A stretch of DNA of 64,000 bases, from NCBI GenBank assembly GCA_002269645.1, contig NIVC01000910.1:6630-70629 (forward strand), in the 5' to 3' direction. The position numbers and the translations under genes were made by a program. Positions 1 through 12,858 of this stretch are shown here, in pieces (position 1 is the stretch's first letter; each line of letters opens with the position of its first letter). Below the pieces are notes generated by a model, which was not told where the DNA came from, ran no database searches, and saw only the letters and a program-made list of their open reading frames with translations. The DNA is from Macrostomum lignano (lineage: Eukaryota).

Positions 1-149
1 TGCTTTTAAAATCTCTCGGACGATCTTTAGCCCTCTGCCTAAGAGCGTTTTTCTCGTCCTGCGTAAGAGCCTGGTATTCAGCCTTGAGGGCAGGTGTCCA
101 TTCTAAAAGTAATTGTGGAATGTATGGGATATACAGGAATCGTAGATTC

Positions 150-332
150 AGATTCAGACGGACACACAGAGAGACAGACAGACGGACAGACAGACAGACG
201 GACACTCTGACAGACAGACACTCTGACAGACAGACACTTTGACAGACAGACAGACAGACAGACAGAAAGACGGACAGACACTCTGACAGACACAGACAGA
301 CAGACAGACGGACAGAAAAACAGACACACTCT

Positions 333-374
<42 letters not shown>

Positions 375-1020
375 AAGACAGAAATACAGACAGACAGAAA
401 GACAGCCATACAGACAGACAGACAGAAAGACGGACAGACACTCTGACAGACAGACAGACAGACAGAAAAACAGACACACTCTGACAGGCAGACAGACAGA
501 CAGACAGACAGAAAGACAGAAATACAGACAGACAGAAAGACAGACATACAGACAGACAGACAGACAGAAAGACAGACGTACAAACAGACAGACAGACAGA
601 CAGACAGAAATACAGACAGACAGACATACAGACAGACAGACAGAAAGACAGACATACAAACTGGGTTTTTTTCGTCCATAACTTGGGTGCGATTTCGCAC
701 CCTGTGCTAGATTTCAGGGTGCGATTTTCAAGACCAGAATGCGCTGCACTGCTGCAGACAAAAACTTGCAAATATTTGGGTGCGCTTTTTGCACCCTGAG
801 TCAAATTTCAGGGTGCGATTTTTAAGACCAGGATGCTATTCGCACCCATTCGCACAAAAAAAACCCAGCATACAAACAGACAGACAGACAGAAAGACAGA
901 AATACAGACAGACAGACAGACCTGAAATCTGGAATCTGAGATCTAAGATCTGAGATCTAGATAACGAAGATATATATAGACAGATATATATAGACAGACA
1001 GAGAGACGGACAGACACTCT

Positions 1021-1051
<31 letters not shown>

Positions 1052-1216
1052 GGACACCCTGACAGACAGACAGACGCTGACAGACAGACAGAAAGACGGA
1101 CAGACACTGACAGACAGACAGACAGACAGACACACTCTGACAGACATACAGACAGACAGACAGACACATACAGACAGACAGACCATGACAGACAGACAGA
1201 AAGACGGACAGACACT

Positions 1217-1256
<40 letters not shown>

Positions 1257-1340
1257 CACTCTGACAGACATACAGACAGACAGACAGACACATACAGACA
1301 GACAGACCATGACAGACAGACAGAAAGACGGACAGACACT

Positions 1341-1382
<42 letters not shown>

Positions 1383-1658
1383 AAGACGGACAGACACTCT
1401 GACAGACAGACAGAAAAGCAGACACACTCTGACAGGCAGACAGACAGACAGACAGACAGAAAGACAGAAATACAGACAGACAGACAGACCTGAAATCTGG
1501 AATCTGAGATCTAAGATCTGAGATCTGGATAACGAAGATATATATAGACAGACAGAGAGACGGACAGACACTCTGACAGACAGACAGACAGACAGACAGA
1601 CGGACACCCTGACAGACAGACAGACGCTGACAGACAGACAGAAAGACGGACAGACACT

Positions 1659-1718
<60 letters not shown>

Positions 1719-1802
1719 CACTCTGACAGACATACAGACAGACAGACAGACACATACCGACAGACAGACCATGACAGACAGACAGAAAGACGGACAGACA
1801 CT

Positions 1803-1856
<54 letters not shown>

Positions 1857-2050
1857 AAGACGGACAGACACTCTGACAGACAGACAGACACTCTGACAGA
1901 CAGACAGACACATACAGACAGACAGACAGACGGACAGACAGGCAGTAAGACAGACATACAGACAGACAGACAGACACTAAGACAGACAGACAGACAGACG
2001 GACAGACACTCTGACAGACGGACAGACAGACAAAAAGACAGACATACAGA
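150..2050 (+). repeat. (CAGA)n/(GACA)n degenerate microsatellite array containing a ~568-bp internal duplication
   Basis: Near-continuous cagacaga tetramers. The unique insert cctgaaatctggaatctgagatctaagatctgagatct occurs at ~921 and ~1489. Confidence 0.97.
661..868. mobile_element. 208-bp MITE (non-autonomous DNA transposon) with 8-bp target-site duplication
   Basis: Termini CTGGGTTTTTTT...AAAAAAACCCAG form a 12-bp perfect inverted repeat. Both flanks read CATACAAA (653-660 and 869-876). Internal repeats of gggtgcgattt/atttcagggtgcg. Confidence 0.9.
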
Positions 2051-2629
2051 CACGACACAGGGATAACTAGAAATATTTGACCAGACTAAAAAATTTTTAC
2101 TCACTTGCACCTCCGTGCTCGCTCAAAAACTGTGTGGCTGCCGTGTGAACCATATCTGAGAGTAAAAGTTGTAGGGAATAATTTCTCTTACGACTGTGTA
2201 ATAAACAACAACAGAAAAACTGTTTTGTTGAGCATGATTTCTACCCCTAGAATCCCTGTAATTATTTTTATTACGCTGAATTGTAGTTCACTTAAAACAT
2301 ACACACAAACAACGCGTCAGTTTTAGTTTTTGGAATCATAGAGTTTTAATTAGACTTTGGAATATTTAATGACTTAGATCATAGCGATTCAAACTAAGGC
2401 CCTCAATATAAAATCACTGAAATTTGCAGAATATGACAACGATCACTTAGCTAAGCTACTTAGTACTTTTTGTACTTTTTTGTCTTGATCGCCTGTCTGT
2501 CTTAAAATTGCCCAGCGATTAAAATTCGCTGGAGCTGGAGTGGCGACACTGCACCCGATTTAAAATTCAAATCAATTACGCTTCTTTATTCTAGAAATTC
2601 AATTTCTTCCAAAGTCTCTAAAAGTCTCT

Positions 2630-3700
2630 TGATCTTCTACTCTCCTCTCCCCTCTACTCTACTCTCCCCCCTCTACTCTACTTTCCTCTCCCCTTCCCCT
2701 CTACTCTACTCTCCTCTTCCCTCCCCCTCTACTCTACTCTTCTCTCTCCTCCTCCTCTACTCTCCTCTCCCCCCCTCTACTCTACTCTCTCCTCCTCCTC
2801 TACTCTCCTCTCCCCCCCTCTACTTTACTCTCCTCTACCCTCTACTCTACTCTCCCCTCCCCCTCTACTCTACTGTCCTCTCCCCCCCTCTACTCGACTC
2901 TCCTCTCCCCTCCCCTTCTACTCGACTCTCCTCTCCCCTCCCCTCTACTCTACTCTCCTCTTCCCTCCCCCTCTACTCTACTCTTCTCTCCCCTCCTCCT
3001 CTACTCTACTCTCCTCTCCCCCCTCTACTTTACTCTCCTCTACCCTCTACTCTACTCTCCCCTCCCCCTCTACTCTACTGTCCTCTCCCCCCTCTACTCG
3101 ACTCTCCTCTCCCCTCCCCTTCTACTCGACTCTCCTCTTCCCTCCCCCTCTACTCTACTCTCCTCTTCCCTCCCCCTCTACTCTACTCTTCTCTCCCCTC
3201 CTCCTCTACTGTCCTCTCCTCTCCCCCCTCTACTTTACTCTCCTCTACCCTCTACTCTACTCTCCCCTCCCCCTCTACTCTACTGTCCTCTCCCCCCCTC
3301 TACTCGACTCTCCTCTCCCCTCCCCCTCTACTCTACTCTCCTCTTCCCTCCCCCTCTACTCTACTCTCCTCTTCCCTCCCCTTCTACTCTACTCTCCTCT
3401 TCCCTCCCCCTCTACTCTACTCTCCTCTTCCCTCCCCCTCTACTCTACTCTCTTCTCCCCCCTCTACTTTACTCTCCTCTACCCTCTACTCTACTCTCCT
3501 CTCCCCTCTACTCTCTGCTCTCTCCTCTCCTCTCCATCTCTACTCTACGTTTCTACTCTCCTCTCTTCACCTCTCCTTCCCCCCTCTACTCCTCTACTCT
3601 ATTCTCCTCTCCTCTCCTCAGCTCACCTCTCTACTCTCTCCACACTTCTCCTCTCTACTTTCCCCTCCTTATCTTTCCTCTTCCTTCTCTCCTCTCTCCG
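2630..3700 (+). repeat. Pyrimidine-rich low-complexity repeat (CTCTA/CTCCTCTCCCC units)
   Basis: Almost pure C/T strand built from ctactct and ctcccc units. The 365-aa S/P/L ORF is an artefact of it. Confidence 0.95.
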
Positions 3701-3974
3701 TACTCTGGCCCGAAGTCATGCGCTAAGTTGTCAATCTAGCCCTTGACGGCTTGAAGTAAAAATTTTGCCGACGTCTAAGTTAATGAACAAACAAACTGAA
3801 ACAAGCAAGGATCTATAATGACACTTACCTTCTGCGTTGACTCGAAAATAGACGCCTAAGTAGAAAGTGTAGAAAAAGTGAGAGTTGAATTAGAAAATTA
3901 GAAAGAAGTAAGAAAATTATTTAGTAAGAGAGTGTAGGAAGGAAACTGAGTTTCAGTTGCAAGTGTTTAGAGTT

Positions 3975-4620
3975 TAGACTGGAGACTGCAGACTGTTTAG
4001 GGGGGGTGGTGCCCGGGGTGAGTTGGTTCTCTGGACTGCAGTGTGGCTAGGTCGGGACTGAGCCCCCCGGTCGTACCCGCCCTGCAGGAAAGAAAATGAC
4101 CAATTCACAAAGGTGTACGGTAGACCCAGTAGCATGCCAGCCCTGAGGCTGAGCACCCGGGCTGCAGGTCGGCAAGCTGCCTGCTTTAGGGCTATGGTGC
4201 TCCTCCTTTCTGCCATTCTTTTTTTCTGGGCTGGCATCCCAGCGCTGTTTTATCCCTTTAGCTTTGTGCCTTTGTGGCTTTTATTATTTTAATCTTTTAT
4301 CTGGCCACTAGAAGCCTTCCAATATTCGGAGTTATGAGCTCTGCCCTTGCCCGGTCCATCTTGCCCTGTCCTCGGGTCCATCTCCTGGCTCCTGCTGAAG
4401 GTCCCTGCTTGCGTGTCTCTGGCTCTCATCCTGACAGTGGATTGGTGTCCTGGGAAGGATGTTCGTCCCGAACCGGGGACAACCGGCTGAGTCCGGAGTC
4501 CTCTTGCCCCGGGTGCCTCTTCTCCCGACCCCTTGGCCTGGCCCCCAATAATGAGCTGGATAGGCGATGCCCTTGGGTTGGTAGCAATAGAGGTGTATCC
4601 TAGTCCGCCTAGAGTCTCCC
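3975..4620 (-). mobile_element. Possible highly degenerate 3' part of an RNase H-bearing non-LTR retrotransposon
   Basis: Broken minus-strand frames give YWGPG..GV (RNase H W.PGH.GV-like), KQRWDASP..NGR and IGHFL..R.G..SPD, in the order expected for I/R1-type ORF2 C-termini. No RT motif seen. Confidence 0.3.
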
Positions 4621-5325
4621 CCTCGGATACAAGCCTTCCAGACTCACTCCAAAATAGAGCTGGGTAGTGAAAAGCCTTGAGGCTCGAGCCCTACAGTTGT
4701 CCAGTGCTGTTTAGGATCGCTCTTGGTAATTAGCTGCCCAGACTCGCTCCAATAGTTTAAGCCATTTCCGTAGGTTTAGGAGTAACTCCTCACTCGGACC
4801 GCTTTTTTCAGTAATATTTCAAGCATTTCGCTTTCCAATTTTTCTGCGCACTCCCGAGGACTCGCTAGCTGGGGGGTGGCCTGGGTGGACTCGGTCCTAG
4901 CACCGTCCCTGATTCCACTGTTTGGGTTGGCGGTGTCTTGTACCGTAGGTTTGGGTCAACTCGCCCACCCGCGCTTTGAGCCGGGTCCAATCCCAATGCA
5001 TTCCATGGGGTATCTCGGGCCCTGGACAGTTAATGCCTTGGCCCCTGGTAGTGCCCCTCAGCGGCAGAGCCCACCCAGGGCTGATCCGCGGGTAGCCAAG
5101 CTTCCCACCCCCGTTCAACAACAACAGACTGCAGAGTTAGAGTTCGACGAGCTTTCCAACCGGTTCAAATCGGTTTATACTGGACAGATTGCTTTGTCTG
5201 CTTTCTGGGAATTTTCCACTCCCCATTTTCCATTACTGTTGTTTACGGAAAGTGGGGGAAAGAAACTCCGTGCACTTAGAGGACAAGTGAGTTCGCATCT
5301 CCTCATCCAATGGCAGCTCGCTATT

Positions 5326-8300
5326 CTCTTCGGTGGCAGAGGAATAGAATAGAATAGAATAGAATAGAATAGAATAGAATAGAATAGAATAGAATAGAAT
5401 ACAATAGAATAGAATAGAATAGAATAGAATAGAATAGAATAGAATAGAATAGAATAGAATAGAATAGAATAGAATAGAATACAATAGAATAGAATAGAAT
5501 AGAATAGAATAGAATAGAATAGAATAGAATAGAATAGAATAGAATAGAATAGAATAGAATAGAATAGAATAGAATAGAATAGAATAGAATAGAATAGAAT
5601 AGAATAGAATAGAATAGAATAGAATAGAATACAATAGAATAGAATATTCTTGGATACTGCACTGTCTAAGAAGAATTATTTATTCTTTTTTCTCTTTAGA
5701 CTGTTATTTTTGGCTGCTAAGAAATTATTTTACCTCGCGTACTTCAGCCGCACTACTAAGTAGTGCAAAAAGGATATGAAAGGTAGAATCGTGTTTTATG
5801 CGCATAGCGAATGACTTTGCGACTGTCAATACACATTACTGGACTGGTCACCAGAGGAAATGTGCTATAGCAAATTATCTATGCAACAAACATACTGCGC
5901 GAGAACACACTGCCCTTCCATGGGGGCGCTGTATTTGGGAGTGCTGTCTTTGGGTGGCGCTTGATCTCGCCACACTGATTTTGGGCGAGATTCTTACCAG
6001 CCCTCTGAGATCCGCCCTCTCTCCCCGGATTCACCCAGCAGCGCAAGCCGGTGGTGGGCAGCAGGAGGCCATCGGGCTGCAGAGGCCCCAAACCGGAGCC
6101 CCACAGAAGCTGCTGCTCTTCGGTGGCAGAGGAATAGAATAGAATAGAATAGAATAGAATAGAATAGAATAGAATAGAATAGAATAGAATAGAATAGAAT
6201 AGAATAGAATAGAATAGAATAGAATAGAATAGAATAGAATATAATAGAATAGAATACAATAGAATAGAATATTCTTGGATACTGCACTGTCTAAGAAGAA
6301 TTATTTATTCTTTTTTCTCTTTAGACTGTTATTTTTGGCTGCTAAGAAATTATTTTACCTCGCGTACTTCAGCCGCACTACTAAGTAGTGCAAAAAGGAT
6401 ATGAAAGGTAGAATCGTGTTTTATGCGCATAGCGAATGACTTTGCGACTGTCAATACACATTACTGGACTGGTCACCAGAGGAAATGTGCTATAGCAAAT
6501 TATCTATGCAACAAACATACTGCGCGAGAACACACTGCCCTTCCATGGGGGCGCTGTATTTGGGAGTGCTGTCTTTGGGTGGCGCTTGATCTCGCCACAC
6601 TGATTTTGGGCGAGATTCTTACCAGCCCTCTGAGATCCGCCCTCTCTCCCCGGATTCACCCAGCAGCGCAAGCCGGTGGTGGGCAGCAGGAGGCCATCGG
6701 GCTGCAGAGGCCCCAAACCGGAGCCCCACAGAAGCTGCTGCTCTTCGGTGGCAGAGGAATAGAATAGAATAGAATAGAATAGAATAGAATAGAATAGAAT
6801 AGAATAGAATAGAATAGAATAGAATAGAATAGAATAGAATAGAATAGAATAGAATACAATAGAATAGAATATTCTTGGATACTGCACTGTCTAAGAAGAA
6901 TTATTTATTCTTTTTTCTCTTTAGACTGTTATTTTTGGCTGCTAAGAAATTATTTTACCTCGCGTACTTCAGCCGCACTACTAAGTAGTGCAAAAAGGAT
7001 ATGAAAGGTAGAATCGTGTTTTATGCGCATAGCGAATGACTTTGCGACTGTCAATACACATTACTGGACTGGTCACCAGAGGAAATGTGCTATAGCAAAT
7101 TATCTATGCAACAAACATACTGCGCGAGAACACACTGCCCTTCCATGGGGGCGCTGTATTTGGGAGTGCTGTCTTTGGGTGGCGCTTGATCTCGCCACAC
7201 TGATTTTGGGCGAGATTCTTACCAGCCCTCTGAGATCCGCCCTCTCTCCCCGGACTCACCCAGCAGCGCAAGCCGGTGGTGGGCAGCAGGAGGCCATCGG
7301 GCTGCAGAGGCCCCAAACCGGAGCCCCACAGAAGCTGCTGCTCTTCGGTGGCAGAGGAATAGAATAGAATAGAATAGAATAGAATAGAATAGAATAGAAT
7401 AGAATAGAATAGAATAGAATAGAATAGAATAGAATAGAATACAATAGAATAGAATATTCTTGGATACTGCACTGTCTAAGAAGAATTATTTATTCTTTTT
7501 TCTCTTTAGACTGTTATTTTTGGCTGCTAAGAAATTATTTTACCTCGCGTACTTCAGCCGCACTACTAAGTAGTGCAAAAAGGATATGAAAGGTAGAATC
7601 GTGTTTTATGCGCATAGCGAATGACTTTGCGACTGTCAATACACATTACTGGACTGGTCACCAGAGGAAATGTGCTATAGCAAATTATCTATGCAACAAA
7701 CATACTGCGCGAGAACACACTGCCCTTCCATGGGGGCGCTGTATTTGGGAGTGCTGTCTTTGGGTGGCGCTTGATCTCGCCACACTGATTTTGGGCGAGA
7801 TTCTTACCAGCCCTCTGAGATCCGCCCTCTCTCCCCGGATTCACCCAGCAGCGCAAGCCGGTGGTGGGCAGCAGGAGGCCATCGGGCTGCAGAGGCCCCA
7901 AACCGGAGCCCCACAGAAGCTGCTGCTCTTCGGTGGCAGAGGAATAGAATAGAATAGAATAGAATAGAATAGAATAGAATAGAATAGAATAGAATAGAAT
8001 AGAATAGAATAGAATAGAATAGAATAGAATACAATAGAATAGAATATTCTTGGATACTGCACTGTCTAAGAAGAATTATTTATTCTTTTTTCTCTTTAGA
8101 CTGTTATTTTTGGCTGCTAAGAAATTATTTTACCTCGCGTACTTCAGCCGCACTACTAAGTAGTGCAAAAAGGATATGAAAGGTAGAATCGTGTTTTATG
8201 CGCATAGCGAATGACTTTGCGACTGTCAATACACATTACTGGACTGGTCACCAGAGGAAATGTGCTATAGCAAATTATCTATGCAACAAACATACTGCGC

Positions 8301-11300
8301 GAGAACACACTGCCCTTCCATGGGGGCGCTGTATTTGGGAGTGCTGTCTTTGGGTGGCGCTTGATCTCGCCACACTGATTTTGGGCGAGATTCTTACCAG
8401 CCCTCTGAGATCCGCCCTCTCTCCCCGGACTCACCCAGCAGCGCAAGCCGGTGGTGGGCAGCAGGAGGCCATCGGGCTGCAGAGGCCCCAAACCGGAGCC
8501 CCACAGAAGCTGCTGCTCTTCGGTGGCAGAGGAATAGAATAGAATAGAATAGAATAGAATAGAATAGAATAGAATAGAATAGAATAGAATAGAATAGAAT
8601 AGAATAGAATAGAATAGAATAGAATAGAATAGAATAGAATATAATAGAATAGAATACAATAGAATAGAATATTCTTGGATACTGCACTGTCTAAGAAGAA
8701 TTATTTATTCTTTTTTCTCTTTAGACTGTTATTTTTGGCTGCTAAGAAATTATTTTACCTCGCGTACTTCAGCCGCACTACTAAGTAGTGCAAAAAGGAT
8801 ATGAAAGGTAGAATCGTGTTTTATGCGCATAGCGAATGACTTTGCGACTGTCAATACACATTACTGGACTGGTCACCAGAGGAAATGTGCTATAGCAAAT
8901 TATCTATGCAACAAACATACTGCGCGAGAACACACTGCCCTTCCATGGGGGCGCTGTATTTGGGAGTGCTGTCTTTGGGTGGCGCTTGATCTCGCCACAC
9001 TGATTTTGGGCGAGATTCTTACCAGCCCTCTGAGATCCGCCCTCTCTCCCCGGATTCACCCAGCAGCGCAAGCCGGTGGTGGGCAGCAGGAGGCCATCGG
9101 GCTGCAGAGGCCCCAAACCGGAGCCCCACAGAAGCTGCTGCTCTTCGGTGGCAGAGGAATAGAATAGAATAGAATAGAATAGAATAGAATAGAATAGAAT
9201 AGAATAGAATAGAATAGAATAGAATAGAATAGAATAGAATAGAATAGAATAGAATAGAATAGAATACAATAGAATAGAATATTCTTGGATACTGCACTGT
9301 CTAAGAAGAATTATTTATTCTTTTTTCTCTTTAGACTGTTATTTTTGGCTGCTAAGAAATTATTTTACCTCGCGTACTTCAGCCGCACTACTAAGTAGTG
9401 CAAAAAGGATATGAAAGGTAGAATCGTGTTTTATGCGCATAGCGAATGACTTTGCGACTGTCAATACACATTACTGGACTGGTCACCAGAGGAAATGTGC
9501 TATAGCAAATTATCTATGCAACAAACATACTGCGCGAGAACACACTGCCCTTCCATGGGGGCGCTGTATTTGGGAGTGCTGTCTTTGGGTGGCGCTTGAT
9601 CTCGCCACACTGATTTTGGGCGAGATTCTTACCAGCCCTCTGAGATCCGCCCTCTCTCCCCGGATTCACCCAGCAGCGCAAGCCGGTGGTGGGCAGCAGG
9701 AGGCCATCGGGCTGCAGAGGCCCCAAACCGGAGCCCCACAGAAGCTGCTGCTCTTCGGTGGCAGAGGAATAGAATAGAATAGAATAGAATAGAATAGAAT
9801 AGAATAGAATAGAATAGAATAGAATAGAATAGAATAGAATAGAATAGAATAGAATAGAATAGAATAGAATAGAATACAATAGAATAGAATATTCTTGGAT
9901 ACTGCACTGTCTAAGAAGAATTATTTATTCTTTTTTCTCTTTAGACTGTTATTTTTGGCTGCTAAGAAATTATTTTACCTCGCGTACTTCAGCCGCACTA
10001 CTAAGTAGTGCAAAAAGGATATGAAAGGTAGAATCGTGTTTTATGCGCATAGCGAATGACTTTGCGACTGTCAATACACATTACTGGACTGGTCACCAGA
10101 GGAAATGTGCTATAGCAAATTATCTATGCAACAAACATACTGCGCGAGAACACACTGCCCTTCCATGGGGGCGCTGTATTTGGGAGTGCTGTCTTTGGGT
10201 GGCGCTTGATCTCGCCACACTGATTTTGGGCGAGATTCTTACCAGCCCTCTGAGATCCGCCCTCTCTCCCCGGATTCACCCAGCAGCGCAAGCCGGTGGT
10301 GGGCAGCAGGAGGCCATCGGGCTGCAGAGGCCCCAAACCGGAGCCCCACAGAAGCTGCTGCTCTTCGGTGGCAGAGGAATAGAATAGAATAGAATAGAAT
10401 AGAATAGAATAGAATAGAATAGAATAGAATAGAATAGAATAGAATAGAATAGAATAGAATAGAATACAATAGAATAGAATATTCTTGGATACTGCACTGT
10501 CTAAGAAGAATTATTTATTCTTTTTTCTCTTTAGACTGTTATTTTTGGCTGCTAAGAAATTATTTTACCTCGCGTACTTCAGCCGCACTACTAAGTAGTG
10601 CAAAAAGGATATGAAAGGTAGAATCGTGTTTTATGCGCATAGCGAATGACTTTGCGACTGTCAATACACATTACTGGACTGGTCACCAGAGGAAATGTGC
10701 TATAGCAAATTATCTATGCAACAAACATACTGCGCGAGAACACACTGCCCTTCCATGGGGGCGCTGTATTTGGGAGTGCTGTCTTTGGGTGGCGCTTGAT
10801 CTCGCCACACTGATTTTGGGCGAGATTCTTACCAGCCCTCTGAGATCCGCCCTCTCTCCCCGGACTCACCCAGCAGCGCAAGCCGGTGGTGGGCAGCAGG
10901 AGGCCATCGGGCTGCAGAGGCCCCAAACCGGAGCCCCACAGAAGCTGCTGCTCTTCGGTGGCAGAGGAATAGAATAGAATAGAATAGAATAGAATAGAAT
11001 AGAATAGAATAGAATAGAATAGAATAGAATAGAATAGAATACAATAGAATAGAATATTCTTGGATACTGCACTGTCTAAGAAGAATTATTTATTCTTTTT
11101 TCTCTTTAGACTGTTATTTTTGGCTGCTAAGAAATTATTTTACCTCGCGTACTTCAGCCGCACTACTAAGTAGTGCAAAAAGGATATGAAAGGTAGAATC
11201 GTGTTTTATGCGCATAGCGAATGACTTTGCGACTGTCAATACACATTACTGGACTGGTCACCAGAGGAAATGTGCTATAGCAAATTATCTATGCAACAAA

Positions 11301-11390
11301 CATACTGCGCGAGAACACACTGCCCTTCCATGGGGGCGCTGTATTTGGGAGTGCTGTCTTTGGGTGGCGCTTGATCTCGCCACACTGATC
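5326..11390. repeat. Tandem satellite: ~10 units of ~575-625 bp, each a ~490-bp unique body plus a variable (AGAAT)n tract
   Basis: Near-identical bodies: the 114-aa ORF starts at 5798, 6423, 7023, 7608, 8198, 8823, 9433, 10043, 10633 and 11208. Spacings differ only by multiples of 5. The last unit is truncated near 11388. Confidence 0.98.
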
Positions 11391-11686
11391 CATTGGCACT
11401 GGAGTTATCGCAGCTATTCTTAACAAAATAACTCAGGTTGAAAGAGATCTTGCAGAGTGGATCGCGAATAATATATATTTGCTACTTTTCCTCTGCAGTG
11501 CTTGAGGCTCTAGCTTAATCAGCTTTCCAGATATTCAATGGCGGAGATTCCGAAAAATTCTAATGTATTCAAATGGGGGAATTCGGGAAAATCAATCAGG
11601 AATTGCCAAGCTGTAGTAATAAACTCAGATTTGAGATTCTACAGATCATTAGAGCGTGCCAGTCGGTGTCTTCCGCAGAATGAAGG

Positions 11687-11930
11687 TTCTTGGGTCAGGA
11701 TAGGAGATTCTTGGGTGAGGCTATTCTTGGGTCAGCATGGAAGATTATTGGGTCAGGATAGGAGATTCTTGGGTGAGGCTATTCTTGGGTCAGCATGGAA
11801 GATTATTGGGTCAGGATAGGAGATTCTTGGGTGAGGCTATTCTTGGGTCAGCATGGAAGATTCTTGGGTCAGGATAGGAGATTCTTGGGTGAGGCTATTC
11901 TTGGGTCAGCATGGAAGATTCTTGGGTACT
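11687..11930 (+). repeat. 58-bp minisatellite, about 4 copies
   Basis: ttcttgggtcaggataggagattcttgggtgaggctattcttgggtcagcatggaaga repeated. Confidence 0.9.
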
Positions 11931-12858
11931 GACACTTCGATGACATGTTTTATCAGTTTGAAGAATACCTTGCACGGCTTTAGACTCAGTTTTCGAGCTG
12001 GTATCTAAGCACAGTCTCATTCAAGCTGTAGTTAAGCCAGTATTATCTTCACTTCAGCAGCGCATACAACTTATCCGATTTCAGTGGCGTCCTGGTTCAT
12101 TTTGCCCCTACTGAGCGGTGGAATCTCCATTGCCCTGTTCTACTTTATCCAGGTCTTCATCCTTATACTAAGGTGATTATGTAAAGCTTTAAAAATGTTT
12201 ACTTTTAATTTGTGATTGTGTGCACAAGCGCGCACTAGCAGAGGCGCACACTGGCAGAGGCGCGCACCGGCACAAGAGCGCAGCAGCACAAGAGCGCACT
12301 GGCAGAGGCGCGCACTTTTGACACGCTGTAGCATAAGCGCGCTGTCTGTCTGTCTGTCTGTCAGACGGCATGTCTGAGAGAAACCCTACAAACTGAAACA
12401 CACAGGGAAGGCAGAAACAAGTATTTGCAGAATGCGAGTAAAAACAGACGCCAGCCTATAAATTGGTCCATAAAATATTTCTTTATATTGTTTGTCACAG
12501 ATAAGACGCCCAAGCTAATTACAAAAAAACAGCCGCAAAAAAGATTAAGCTGAAAATTGTCTGCCCAACCAAATTTAAAAACTGTTAAAAGACCAACAAT
12601 TAAAGTAATAAAGTTGAAGAGAAAAAATACAATAGTAGGCACTATCTACTGCTATAGGTAAAATTAAACGAGGCACTGATAAGAAAACGATAAAAAATAT
12701 TTTACGAGCGTACTACCAAAGCGAGAGAAAAGTGAGGGATGGAAAAATAACAGATAAAATTGAAAAAGTCCATAAACAGACCGACACCGCAGATAATAGT
12801 TAAACAGCTACAACTAGCTACTTAAGGACAGTAGTGCAAGCGCATGCTAGTGCAGTTT

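Noticed and set aside
78-2110. Long SVCL/QTDR ORFs
   Set aside because: Translations of the (CAGA)n microsatellite.
6040-6110. HDV-like ribozyme in the satellite unit (minus strand GGCCTCCTGCTGCC)
   Set aside because: No P1/P2 pairing and no catalytic C could be assembled.
5326-11390. CRISPR-like repeat/spacer array
   Set aside because: The long units are near-identical (no unique spacers), the context is eukaryotic, and there are no cas genes.
5798-11423. Ten copies of a 114-aa ORF and the YSILF ORFs
   Set aside because: No recognisable domain; these are by-products of the satellite unit and its AGAAT tract.
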